From Macrostomum lignano (lineage: Eukaryota): a DNA stretch of 64,000 nt. Every line of letters begins with the position of its first letter. Position 1 is the first letter of the stretch. The position numbers were made by a program, and so were the translations under genes. The stretch covers positions 1 to 64,000 of the forward strand of contig NIVC01001010.1 of NCBI GenBank assembly GCA_002269645.1, written 5' to 3'. The notes under the pieces were generated by a model. The model worked only from the letters and a program-made list of their open reading frames with translations. It was not told where the DNA came from and ran no database searches. This document shows, one piece after another, positions 26,301 to 38,479 of the stretch.

Positions 26301-28063
26301 ATGTTGCCGAGTCAGTCAGTCTTGCTGCTTCTAATAGGATTGCTGTCGCTGCTCTCGCTAGTGCCAGCGGCGCCAATGCTATTGGGTGCCGAAGCTGGCC
26401 GACTGTCGCCGATGCAGCGCCGCCTGCTGGCCCGATGGATGTCCGTCAGCGGGGGCGGCGGCGCAGGCGGATTTTACGGGTTCCCCGCCGGCCAGTCGTC
26501 GTCATCAAAAGGAGCAGCCGTGCCGCCGACCGACTGCGCAGTCGCCGCCTCAGACAGCGGCAGGCGACGAGACGCTTGGAAAGTCCGCGTTCGCACAGCC
26601 ACAGCCGCCGCCTCCTCTACCGCTAGCGACAGTTGGACCTTCGCCAATGAACAAAACTTCGACGTCGCCGTCTCGGCCTCGCTCAGCGTCCTGACGCCCG
26701 GCCAAGGCTCGGCGCCCGCTGTCTACCTGAGCGAGCGACTCGGCTGCGCTTTCATTGTCGAACGCATCTGGCCGCCGTTGGGGCTGCGGCACTGCGAGCG
26801 GCTGGAGTTGGACGAATTCAACCGACGGAAAGACTTCGCTATCGGCGTCGACCAGGTCTTGAAGCCGCCCAACCAGCTGCTGCAAGGGCCAGGCCGGTTC
26901 ACCGAGGTGCTGCAGCACGGCTACAGCCGGCAGTGGCAGCTGTGGCTTCGAAGCGATCGCGGCGGCGACTTTGTTGAAGCGCTGGCTGTTCGGGTTCTGA
27001 AGGATGAAGCCGCCGCCAGCTGGGCCTGCTCAGTGGAGCAGCGATGGACTCTATCGTTGAGTGCCGACGGGCACCGCCTGGCAGCCACAATGCAAGAGTT
27101 TCAACGCGACCTTCTCGACTCCCAGGACGAGGTGTTCCGACTGCCAACAGCGTGTCACCGCGTGGAGCTTTAATTTGCATTTCAACGACTCTGATTTGAC
27201 TTTGAATGCTTTTCATTTCAATTAAGTTTTGAAAACCTTTCTGTTTGTAGAAAAATTTATCTGACTTTCAATAAAATTTGATTTACTAATTCAATTGTCA
27301 TTTACCTGTGAGGCTGATCGCTTTCAGTTAGACAACATCATTTTTTGTGTGTAATTTGATGGAGGGGGGAATCTGCATGATCTAAGTGGGAAAGTTCAAG
27401 AGTGGTTCCCTATGCTAATGAACTGGCAATAAAACGAAACAAATTGCCATTTTGGAGCTGAACTGTCTATGGCCAAAACTGGTTCCATTTCTCGTGCGTA
27501 TCCCGCAGGCGCTCGTGTCCGGCGCGTGGCTGCTGAGCTTCGACTGGGTGTCGGAGTCGCTGGCCGCCGGCTCGCTGCTGCCGGAGTCGGACTTCGAGAT
27601 CCAGGGCGACCTGTCGTGCGGCGTGAACCACCTGGGCCCGGCCAGGAGCCGCGGCGGCCGCGACCGCTGCCCCGGTCCGTCCCGGCTGCTGGAGCAGTTC
27701 TGCATCGCTCCTGTGGGCGACTTCGTCAACATGCCGAGCTTCGCCCTGCAGACTCTGGTGCAGCAGTGCGGCGGCCAGTTCGCCGCCAGCCCGGAGTCGC
27801 TGCCTCGCCGACAGGCTGCCGGGTGTCTGAGCGTCGCCGTGGCCGACCAGGACGACGCGAAGTTCAGCGAGGCCCGCTGCCAGGCCATCGCGGCCTCCGG
27901 TGACATCGTGGTGCTGAACAGAGACTGGCTGCTGGACTCCATCAGCAAGTTCCGGGTGCAGCAGCTGGACAGTCCGGAGTACTGCATCGCTCCCGACTGC
28001 TACGACGTGACGGAGATTCTGACAAGGCAGAGAATTCGACTGTCTCTGTTTGATGACTTTTAA
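23387..28063 (+). CDS. BRCA1-like tandem-BRCT protein A (no RING found); exons 23387-23471, 24398-24687, 24996-25811, 27509-28063, about 581 aa
   Basis: ITSSGLDP..TTHVII..ERTLKYFQ|ALVSGAWLLSFDWV..DFEIQGD..NHLGPARSR..GDFVNMP..VLNRDWLLDSI match BRCA1 BRCT1-2 motifs. Splice phases 1, 0, 0 are consistent. Confidence 0.85.
23750..24342. repeat. Intronic 15-bp minisatellite (ATAATCCAGTCACTG)
   Basis: Direct tandem repetition. It accounts for the TGLSV/TGLSE ORFs. Confidence 0.97.
26301..27173 (+). CDS. Intronless 290-aa secreted protein, possibly ependymin-related, nested in intron 3 of BRCT gene A
   Basis: ATG start, hydrophobic signal peptide (VLLLLIGLLSLLSLVPA), GC-rich codon usage, spaced Cys, C-terminal VFRLPTAC resembling the ependymin F-x-x-P-x-x-C end, and AATAAA at about 27270. 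Confidence 0.75.
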   Translation: MLPSQSVLLLLIGLLSLLSLVPAAPMLLGAEAGRLSPMQRRLLARWMSVSGGGGAGGFYGFPAGQSSSSKGAAVPPTDCAVAASDSGRRRDAWKVRVRTATAAASSTASDSWTFANEQNFDVAVSASLSVLTPGQGSAPAVYLSERLGCAFIVERIWPPLGLRHCERLELDEFNRRKDFAIGVDQVLKPPNQLLQGPGRFTEVLQHGYSRQWQLWLRSDRGGDFVEALAVRVLKDEAAASWACSVEQRWTLSLSADGHRLAATMQEFQRDLLDSQDEVFRLPTACHRVEL

Positions 28064-28469
28064 TGAAGCTGGGGGTGTTGACCAAGGCGGCAAATTGGCT
28101 TATTTATGTTCACTCAGTTTGAAATTTTAACTTCAAATTGTTAGCTTTTAGGCCGGGTTAATATCGCCGTATAAGTCTCAATAATTGCATTTTAGTGCAT
28201 TTTTCTGCACGCCGTTTGGTGTGCTTAATATTTTTCTTAGGTTACACGTACTGCTGGTTTTAACCTCCTGGTTTGTATTGCAAAACTTTTATTAACTTAT
28301 ATCTCTATTATATTTTATCTCAATTTGGTGTCTCGTCCATTTGTCCAGGACATTGTAATGCAGTTTTCTACTTTTTAAAGTAAACGCTTAAATCTATATT
28401 TGTCGAGGCTTCTACAGTTGATAGTCTCTGGTGAACTCGGCCTCAACTCATTTCTAGTTCTATAGAATT

Positions 28470-29250
28470 AGGGTCGCACTGACACAGGCATCTAGTAGGG
28501 ACAGCCATATCCTGTTACTAATTACTGAGGCTGAGGTCGCACTGACACAGGCATCTAGTAGGGACAGCAATATCCTGTTACTAATTACTGAGGCTGAGGT
28601 CGCACTGACACAGGCATCTAGTAGGGACAGCAATATCCTGTTACTAATTACTGAGGCTGAGGTCGCACTGACACAGGCATCTAGTAGGGACAGCCATATC
28701 CTGTTACTAATTACTGAGGCTGAGGTCGCACTGACACAGGCATCTAGTAGGGGCAGCCATATCCTGTTACTAATTACTGAGGCTGAGGTCGCACTGACAC
28801 AGGCATCTCGTAGGGACAGCCATATCCTGTTACTAATTACTGAGGCTGAGGTCGCACTGACACAGGCATCTAGTAGGGACAGCCATATCCTGTTACTAAT
28901 TACTGAGGCTGAGGTCGCACTGACACAGGCATCTCGTAGGGACAGCCATATATCCTGTTACTAATTACTGAGGCTGAGGTCGCACTGACACAGGCATCTC
29001 GTAGGGACAGCCATATATCCTGTTACTAATTACTGAGGCTGAGGTCGCACTGACACAGGCATCTCGTAGGGACAGCCATATCCTGTTACTAATTACTGAG
29101 GCTGAGGTCGCACTGACACAGGCATCTAGTAGGGGCAGCCATATCCTGTTACTAATTACTGAGGCTGAGGTCGCACTGACACAGGCATCTCGTAGGGACA
29201 GCCATATCCTGTTACTAATTACTGAGGCTGAGGTCGCACTGACGCAGGTA
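28470..29250. repeat. 63-bp minisatellite, about 12 copies, between the two BRCT genes
   Basis: GAGGCTGAGGTCGCACTGACACAGGCATCTAGTAGGGACAGCCATATCCTGTTACTAATTACT repeated. Confidence 0.97.
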
Positions 29251-29556
29251 TCTGTGCTACCTGTCTCCGAGGCTAAAGTCTATTTAAAAGATGCTTTGAC
29301 AGAAAGGGGTTTCACTGTAAGCTAGTGCTTATGCATGATCTGTGTGTGTGTAAGTGTAATTCTGTGAGGCACACTTTACTAACAAATAATGCGGCATATT
29401 TATATATCATATTCATATGTCTATGGTAGAAGCAGAATGTTAAGGTTCTGACCGCGCGCAGCTAGTGTTAATGGATTATCCACAAGCACGCACAAGTGAA
29501 ACCAATCAGTGCATTTCTCTAATCGAACAGTCCCGCAGTTGGTCACTATTATTGGC

Positions 29557-32500
29557 ATGAGCAGCACTCATCATCAACGCGAGAAGATCAGCAAAATTGT
29601 GTCCCTAATTGAGGACGTTATCGACTGTTACGATAATAGTAAGTTTGATTGAAATATTGCACGTGCTTATTCACTAGGAAAGATTTTAAAATGCGTTTTC
29701 GTGAAACACTTGGGCCATTATTTGTTTTTAATAGAGAAAGCGTCAACCAAATTCGAAGTTCTTCCCACTGAGACAAGAAATCCAGAGGTACGAAGAAGAA
29801 GTGTATATTATTACTTGTTTAATAAGGGGGCCGTAGCCCAGCAACCTAGCGCGGCGCTCATGTGCCAGCGGCCCAGGCTCGATTCCAAGTGCAGTCACAT
29901 TAATTTGTGGGCTAAATTGAAATCTCGGCTTTACTCTGCTCGTGCAATTAACGCCCTTTGAGGGGCAACCCCCAAAGGCACATTGAAGTGTACATGCCTG
30001 ACGATCCGTACTTATCCGCGCGCTTGTGTGCCTGTGCCTGCTCAGGGGAGTCGGCGAAGTTGGCAGTAATGCCTCTAGATGGTTGTGTGACAATACTTAA
30101 CACGCTGTGATTGTTAAGGATAAGACAGTTTATAGAGTAGTTTTATTCACAATTGTAAACACCCATCATGTTAGGCTAAAATCCTGTATTTTCATATACA
30201 TCTATCAGAAGTGTGATAACTGCAGAAATCGGTACAGTAAAAACCCAATAACAATGGCTACATGTACAAGTATTTAGGAAGTCCTACAGTTTGTACTTCG
30301 CTATTATTACTTGACTATTTCCTCGCGTCTCATTTCAGCCATCTCGCGCAGGCTGACAGCTGAACCAGTTGACAACATGGGCGCCGTCGAGGCTAAACAA
30401 ACTAAAGCAACCACAGCAGCAGCAAAAGCAACAATATCTGCCACTGGTTCCCGCCATCCGAATATAGGCGATGCTGAAAACCTATCAACAGCAGTAGTCT
30501 CCACGTCAGATGGTGCTAGGCCGCCTCTGCAGCCATTCAATAAGACTTTGGCCAGGGCGTCTCGCCACTCCGCTGACGCGGCGGTACCTACTGAGCCTCC
30601 GACACCGCCGAAGCGGGCCAAACCGTCAGCCAGGCGCAGCCACCCGGTTGGAGCCAACTCAAATAAAGATGAAGGCGAACTGAAGATGGCCAAATTTCTG
30701 CGCGAGATGGACGAGGTTGAACGATTTGTTCTTGTGATTGAAGAGAGCGGCTGCAAATCCGCTGAAGCGAACGACAAGCAACAAGCCGCCAAGAACAACA
30801 GGCGGCACAGTGCTCCCGCTCAACAGGGGTACGTGCCACTTTTCAGTGTCGAAAATTAGTATGCGTATATAAGAAGACTAGCATATTGCCTATTTTGGGT
30901 GCCTCTGGCAGTGCTAATTTTTTAGTATATAGGACTAGCATGGTTGCCCCCCTTTGGGTATTGCTAATCGTTGATATTCTTTTAACGCGAATATTTCTTA
31001 GAGTTCAGCAAGACAACTTGGCACCGGCTGATGCGGCAAATTCAAAGGCTGCAGATAAAGAAGAAGAGGCTGAACCAAGAGCCAAGCCTGAGAAGGTGGT
31101 AAAATTTGCTGCTTCCGCCGCCTCGGCCAGCAATGTCAACAGCGGCAGCGGCCGGAAGCGTCGCTTAGTTTTGGAAGAGCCGCCAGTAGCGCAAAATTCC
31201 AATGTCGATCTCGATATCCACGTCACGGACGACGAAAACAACGATGAGGAGGAGGAGCTGGATCTATTCGCTGAAGAGGCCGACAACGGCCAAGCCGATC
31301 CTGCGTCGACCTCAACTTCGGCAGTTGGATGCGCGCCAATCCGAGGCGGCTGGAAGGCCACAATGAAGCGATTGAAGCGGCCGTTCGCCCGGCTGAGCCG
31401 GCGAATGCAGACAACGTCTACCGTTGATGACGCTGATCCCGTGGCTGACGCCGGCCCCGTGGTGCTCACCGCGCGGCAGCCGCGTCGCAGCACAGCCATT
31501 TTTCGTCTGTCGCGTCGACCACAGAAGCAGCCGCCACAGCAGCAGCAGGCGACGGCTTTGAAGCGTCGCAGGCAGCCAACGCGTCGATGCAAGCAGGAGG
31601 ACGAGCCGGCGGAGGCCTCGCCCGACAACATCGACGCCGTGCTGGCCGGCATGCCGGAATTCGCCAGCGACTCTTTCCGCGTGCTCACTGGCCGGATGCC
31701 GCCACCGATGGCGTCAGCATCGGACAAGTTAAAGGAGGCGTCGGGGCCTCAGCAGCCGATGTCGCAGACAGCCCACGTGACCAGCAGCGGCCTGGACCCC
31801 GGCCAGGTGGCCGAGCTGAGACGCCTGTGCGAACTGCACTCCGATCGGTGCGCCTATCAGACCCGCTTCCAGTTCGACCCGAACTGTCACACCACTCACG
31901 TGGTCATCAGGGAGAGCTCGGTTGCTAGGGTCAGCGAGAGAACGCTCAAGTATTTTCAGGTAAGCTAATTAAATCTGTATATAGCTCGTAAACTTCTCAA
32001 ACGACTGCAACACGAGAGGCGACTGTGTTGAAAAAGCGCAACACCTGAGCTACAAAAAGTCAACCCATAGTCGTTTCAGAGTCGCAGACAATAAAACGCT
32101 TAAAATTGACTCTTTTAACGACTTTTTGGCGACCCGTGGTGCCCTGACGTCTCGCGGACGTCTCACTTCTTTCCTATTTTACCTGTGTTACCCGCAACGA
32201 CTTTGGGGCGACGCGAGTGACTCTGGGACTCTGGCCTGGGTACCGATTTCAATTCAACAGACATCGTCATGAATTCAGGGCTCTTGATACTCGTAGACAG
32301 TGCGAGCAAAGCTCTGCCGCTTTCCCGCTTTCCCGCAGGCGCTCGTGTCCGGCGCGTGGCTGCTGAGCTTCGACTGGGTGTCGGAGTCGCTGGCCGCCGG
32401 CTCGCTGCTGCCGGAGTCGGACTTCGAGATCCAGGGCGACCTGTCGTGCGGCGTGAACCACCTGGGCCCGGCCAGGAGCCGCGGCGGCCGCGACCGCTGC

Positions 32501-32887
32501 CCCGGTCCGTCCCGGCTGCTGGAGCAGTTCTGCATCGCTCCTGTGGGCGACTTCGTCAACATGCCGAGCTTCGCCCTGCAGACTCTGGTGCAGCAGTGCG
32601 GCGGCCAGTTCGCCGCCAGCCCGGAGTCGCTGCCTCGCCGACAGGCCGCCGGGTGTCTGAGCGTCGCCGTGGCCGACCAGGACGACGCGAAGTTCAGCGA
32701 GGCCCGCTGCCAGGCCATCGCGGCCTCCGGTGACATCGTGGTGCTGAACAGAGACTGGCTGCTGGACTCCATCAGCAAGTTCCGGGTGCAGCAGCTGGAC
32801 AGTCCGGAGTACTGCATCGCTCCCGACTGCTCCGCTGTGAAGACGGTCGTCCTGGCTCAGCTGGGAAGCCTGACTCTGAGCGACTGA
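29557..32887 (+). CDS. BRCA1-like tandem-BRCT protein B (no RING found); exons 29557-29638, 30339-30828, 31002-31959, 32339-32887, about 692 aa
   Basis: Same BRCT motifs as gene A (VTSSGLDP, TTHVVI, ERTLKYFQ|ALVSGAW). Splice phases 1, 2, 0 are consistent, and the first exon is homologous to that of gene A. Confidence 0.85.
29826..30040 (+). mobile_element. SINE-like element with a tRNA-derived head, linked to a dispersed repeat family
   Basis: A-box-like TAGCCCAGC (29834) and B-box-like GGCTCGATTCC (29876). The 3' part, GTGTACATGCCTGACGAT, is shared with the copy at about 12380. Confidence 0.5.
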
Positions 32888-32989
32888 ACAGATTGACTGG
32901 TTCACCTTAATGATTGATTATCGGCTATTTTTATTTTTTCAACTCTTTTGCGAGCATGCAATTTAGTAATGATTTATTGATTTCCATTC

Positions 32990-33430
32990 TGTCAGTGATT
33001 GACAGGTAGGTTAAATTTGATTGGCTGTCATCGTGTCAGTGATTGACACGTAGGTTAAATTTGACTGGCTGTCACCCTGTCAGTGATTGACAGATGGGTT
33101 AAATTTGATTGGCTGTCATCCTGTCAGTGATTGACAGGTAGGTTAAATTTGATTGGCTGTCATCGTGTCAGTGATTGACAGGTAGGTTAAATTTGACTGG
33201 CTGTCATCGTGTCAGTGATTGACAGGTAGGTTAAATTTGATTGGCTGTCATCGTGTCAGTGATTGACAGGTAGGTTAAATTTGATTGGCTGTCATTCTGT
33301 CAGTGATTGACAGGTAGGTTAAATTTGATTGGCTGTCATTCTGTCAGTGATTGACAGGTAGGTTAAATTTTATTGGCTGTCATTCTGTCAGTGATTGACA
33401 GGTAGGTTAAATCTGATCACCCTGTCAGTG
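32990..33430. repeat. 44-bp minisatellite, about 10 copies
   Basis: GTCAGTGATTGACAGGTAGGTTAAATTTGATTGGCTGTCATCCT repeated. Confidence 0.95.
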
Positions 33431-34446
33431 AAGCAAAGGTTGTAAGGCTGCTGTTTATTGCTTACTAACTGTAGCTATACTAATAAATCAACTCGTTACG
33501 ATAAACTGTTTGGTGCTAAACAATTTTCAATAATAAAATTTTAGTATTTGCTTTTTATTTTTGATCGCTCGGTGTCATTTTTGAACAGCTGTCAGTTAAA
33601 TGCTTCTATTTTACTTTCAAACTAATAAACAGTTGGTATTTGTGCGCACTAATTTATTCTCGATGGACACAAAATTTCAGTTTGCATTTGCTTACATTTC
33701 TACTGCTAGTAGGCTACGTAAGTAGTGGCACAGCTTCTTTTCTAGCAGTAGAATTTTTTGTATTATTTTTGCAATGCATTCATTCAAGCTACTAACAGTA
33801 GCGATTTACAAACTGAAGCGTTTAATCTTATTTTATTTTCATTTCACTTCTCTCTCTTTCCGCCTGTTTTGAAGTGTGGCAAACGGACCGTTTATTTTGT
33901 TGAGGTTGTCGAATTTGTTATTTTTCTGACGTATACTTACTTATCTGCTACTAAATTCAGTAGTGCTAGTAGTGTATTTGTGTGCAGCATTTCTGGCTTG
34001 TTTCACTTAGTAGTTCATACTATAAGTTTCGAAGCTATTCTACTAACCATTGTACTTCTAGTAGCGGTAGCGCGTATTGTACAAATACGTAGGCTTCAGC
34101 ATATTACAAATATGTATCCATGTATTTATATTTAGCTTAGTCGCATAATCCTGCGCACTTCCCTGTGTATCCTCCTTTGTTATATATATATATATAATAT
34201 TTAAGTTACGGCAGGCAAGTCTGCCGTAAACTTGATTTTGGTGCTTGAGGTGCGCGTCTGCATGTACAATTATAATAATACATAATGCTAATGCCAATAA
34301 TATTGATATTGCTGCAAAGCACTGGGCCGCTGTCGCCTGTTGTTAACCAATTGAGAATGGCTTCTCAGATTTGTGCCTGTTTTTTCTCCATTTTTAGCTG
34401 TTCCATTTATGCCAATTTGAATCAGAAGTGAGGCATACGGAAGTCA

Positions 34447-36620
34447 GCAGCATGAGCCTGAGGGACTGTGTGAGAAGGAGGGGACAGCATGAGCACTGAG
34501 GGACTGTGTGAGAAGGAGGGGGACAGCATGAGCACTGAGGGACTGTGTGAGAAAGGGGGACAGCATGAGCACTGAGGGACTGTGTGAGAAAGGGGGACAG
34601 CATGAGCACTGAGGGACTGTGTGAGAAAGGGGGACAGCATGAGCACTGAGGGACTGTGTGAGAAGGAGGGGACAGCATGAGCACTGAGGGACTGTGTGAG
34701 AAGGAGGGGGACAGCATGAGCACTGAGGGACTGTGTGAGAAAGGGGGACAGCATGAGCACTGAGGGACTGTGTGAGAAGGAGGGGACAGCATGAGCACTG
34801 AGGGACTGTGTGAGAAGGAGGGGGACAGCATGAGCACTGAGGGACTGTGTGAGAAAGGGGGACAGCATGAGCACTGAGGGACTGTGTGAGAAAGGGGGAC
34901 AGCATGAGCACTGAGGGACTGTGTGAGAAAGGGGGACAGCATGAGCACTGAGGGACTGTGTGAGAAGGAGGGGACAGCATGAGCACTGAGGGACTGTGTG
35001 AGAAAGGGGGACAGCATGAGCACTGAGGGACTGTGTGAGAAGGAGGGGACAGCATGAGCACTGAGGGACTGTGTGAGAAAGGGGGACAGCATGAGCACTG
35101 AGGGACTGTGTGAGAAAGGGGGACAGCATGAGCACTGAGGGACTGTGTGAGAAGGAGGGGACAGCATGAGCACTGAGGGACTGTGTGAGAAGGAGGGGAC
35201 AGGCCGGACAGCATGAGCACTGAGGGACTGTGTGAGAAAGGGGGACAGCATGAGCACTGAGGGACTGTGTGAGAAAGGGGGACAGCATGAGCACTGAGGG
35301 ACTGTGTGAGAAAGGGGGACAGCATGAGCACTGAGGGACTGTGTGAGAAGGAGGGGGCAGCATGAGCACTGAGGGACTGTGTGAGAAAGGGGACAGCATG
35401 AGCACTGAGGGACTGTGTGAGAAGGAGGGGACAGCATGAGCACTGAGGGACTGTGTGAGAAGGAGGGGACAGCATGAGCACTGAGGGACTGTGTGAGAAA
35501 GGGGGACAGCATGAGCACTGAGGGACTGTGTGAGAAGGAGGGGACAGCATGAGCACTGAGGGACTGTGTGAGAAAGGGGGACAGCATGAGCACTGAGGGA
35601 CTGTGTGAGAAAGGGGGACAGCATGAGCACTGAGGGACTGTGTGAGAAGGAGGGGACAGCATGAGCACTGAGGGACTGTGTGAGAAAGGGGGACAGCATG
35701 AGCACTGAGGGACTGTGTGAGAAAGAGGGACAGCATGAGCACTGAGGGACTGTGTGAGAAGGAGGGGGCAGCATGAGCACTGAGGGACTGTGTGAGAAAG
35801 GGGGACAGCATGAGCACTGAGGGACTGTGTGAGAAGGAGGGGACAGCATGAGCACTGAGGGACTGTGTGAGAAGGAGGGGACAGGCCGGACAGCATGAGC
35901 ACTGAGGGACTGTGTGAGAAAGGGGGACAGCATGAGCACTGAGGGACTGTGTGAGAAAGGGGGACAGCATGAGCACTGAGGGACTGTGTGAGAAGGAGGG
36001 GACAGCATGAGCACTGAGGGACTGTGTGAGAAGGAGGGGACAGCATGAGCACTGAGGGACTGTGTGAGAAGGAGGGGGACAGCATGAGCACTGAGGGACT
36101 GTGTGAGAAAGGGGGACAGCATGAGCACTGAGGGACTGTGTGAGAAAGGGGGACAGCATGAGCACTGAGGGACTGTGTGAGAAAGGGGGACAGCATGAGC
36201 ACTGAGGGACTGTGTGAGAAGGAGGGGACAGCATGAGCACTGAGGGACTGTGTGAGAAAGGGGGACAGCATGAGCACTGAGGGACTGTGTGAGAAAGGGG
36301 GACAGCATGAGCACTGAGGGACTGTGTGAGAAAGGGGGACAGCATGAGCACTGAGGGACTGTGTGAGAAAGGGAGACAGCATGAGCACTGAGGGACTGTG
36401 TGAGAAGGAGGGGACAGCATGAGCACTGAGGGACTGTGTGAGAAGGAGGGGGGCAGCATGAGCACTGAGGGACTGTGTGAGAAGGAGGGGGACAGCATGA
36501 GCACTGAGGGACTGTGTGAGAAGGAGGGGGCAGCATGAGCACTGAGGGACTGTGTGAGAAGGAGGGGGACAGCATGAGCACTGAGGGACTGTGTGAGAAG
36601 CGGGCCAGCATGAGCACTGA
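34447..36620. repeat. 37-40 bp minisatellite, about 55 copies
   Basis: CAGCATGAGCACTGAGGGACTGTGTGAGAA(A/GGAG)GGGGA repeated. The three 660-770 aa - ORFs are by-products. Confidence 0.98.
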
Positions 36621-36844
36621 GCAGCCCTAGACGTGTGGTGGCCATTTTAAAAGCAGAGTATTCTCGTGGCATATAAACCACATTTACGAGTCTAGAAATT
36701 TTTGGCTTTAAAACCTCTACGCGGCGTACCAAAAAATGCGTCACACCCTTTGCCGACGGCTGGCTGGCGCGGTTTCGTGCTCAGTGCATGGTGTCCCCCG
36801 TTCCAGACGGCAGCTAGCTCCACGAGTATACCCGTATGTAGTAA

Positions 36845-37740
36845 AGCCGCTTAACCGAAACAGACTTGCTACGTGGGTTGCTGCAACGGGATGTTCTTCT
36901 CACTGGCGCAGTGCGCAAAAACCGCGGCATCCCAAACCTGCTGCAGGCTGTAAATCTGCAGCCAACTTCTTCCGCCTTTGCACGCTCTGGAAATGTGCTT
37001 GCCTGCAAGTTTGTTGACAGGGAGCAGAGTGGCATCAAGACTGTTTTCGTATTGGACACCGCCGGATCTGCCGAATCTAGGCGGATCGTCCCCAAACCGA
37101 CTAGCGTGCTCTCGTACTCTAACAGCATGGGTGGCGTCAACATTGATTCCGCTCTACACCCGTACTTGGCCAATCGAAAAAGCATACAGTGGTTCCACAA
37201 ACTCGAATTTCACCTGATCATGCTGCTCGTTTGCAATGCTTGGATTGTCTGCCAACAGGCAGGTGGCAGCAAAACTTTTCTGCAGTTCTTGAGGCAGGCT
37301 ATTAAGATATTGGTTGAGGATAGCGGTGATGCTAGGCGGAGCCGGCATCGTAGAGTTGTTTTGGACGCCGAAGCGGCAGCAGGTGCGAGTGCCGGAGCGG
37401 CAGCAGGTGCGGGTGCCGGAGCGGCAGCAGGTGCGGGTGCCGGAGCGGGAGCAGGTGCGGTTGCCGGAGCGGCAGCAGGTGCGGTTGCCGGAGCGGCAGC
37501 AGGTGCGGGTGCCGGAGCGGCAGCAGGTGCGGGTGCCGGAGCGGCAGCAGGTGCGAGCGCTCATTTGCCGACTAAGGCGCCAATACAAGAAGCTCAAAGC
37601 CGCCCACGCAAGCGCTGCTGAATGTGCTACCAGCATGGCGTGGTGAAAAGAACATGTCCTGTTAACAGTGACTGTTTGCGTCGCTTTTCGAGGAGTTCCT
37701 GCATTGTGCTTGGGTGCTTGCTTTGCTAGCTGGCACATGG
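36845..37740 (+). pseudogene. Degenerate piggyBac-family transposase, C-terminal half
   Basis: TGAVRKNRGIP, KPTSVLSYSNSMGGV, RKSIQWFHKL..HL..NAW, and a Cys-rich end RKRC*MC..G..KRT..CFASWH with an in-frame stop and frameshifts. The MGGVD aspartate is lost and the N-terminal core was not found. Confidence 0.85.
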
Positions 37741-38479
37741 TTCATCCTAACTGACCATGGTTAGGATGAGCGGCTTTTGTGTTGAAAAAAACTATGAAGA
37801 TTTGGCGGCCCAATGCGCACTTCTATTTATTCATGATCTGAATTCCCTTTTTCTTCACCTATTCAATTATACACAGCTCGTTCTATTTATTAATAGTCAA
37901 GACTACTTCCTAAAAACAATACAGAAAGCATTCTGTTATCAATACAGAAAGCATGATCTACGTTCGTGTTATACTATACTACGTATACGATACAAATTTG
38001 TTAGCTACTTCATATACTAATAATTTGTTTCTAATACACACAGATGTACACTTGGTCCTGGTCTTATAATTCTTGATCTGTGATGATTGCCATAGACAGT
38101 GCCACTTTAACCTATAGGAAAATAAGCAGCTTTCCAACGAAAACGGATATGGCACGTTTATCGTGAAATTCTGCCATCCGTCTTCTGGCGGTTTTAAAAG
38201 CAGACAGATTTTCTGCAAATGCTCTGGGCGCAGCTCTTTAAGTAGAGCCAATTTAAAGCATATTGCGAGACGAAAATTTCACGAGTATTCAGTGCGCATA
38301 TTTCACAACTAACCCTGCGGTTCTCTTGTTGGAGGCTCGATATGAAATGGCGATATTTACTATTAGTGATTCTCTTTCTAATTTGTACCACTTAGCTGTT
38401 GGGCAATGTATGCATGCCGGCTTCATGTCGGCTTTGGTGGCTTGTGAATCTTTAATGACAGATATTGTAGCTTCTCACT

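Noticed and set aside
29826-29895. Functional tRNA gene
   Set aside because: A/B boxes are present, but I could not fold a proper cloverleaf with an acceptor stem; treated as a SINE head.
34394-36744. Three 660-770 aa ORFs on the - strand
   Set aside because: They are translations of a stop-free minisatellite and shift between the same three peptides as unit length varies.
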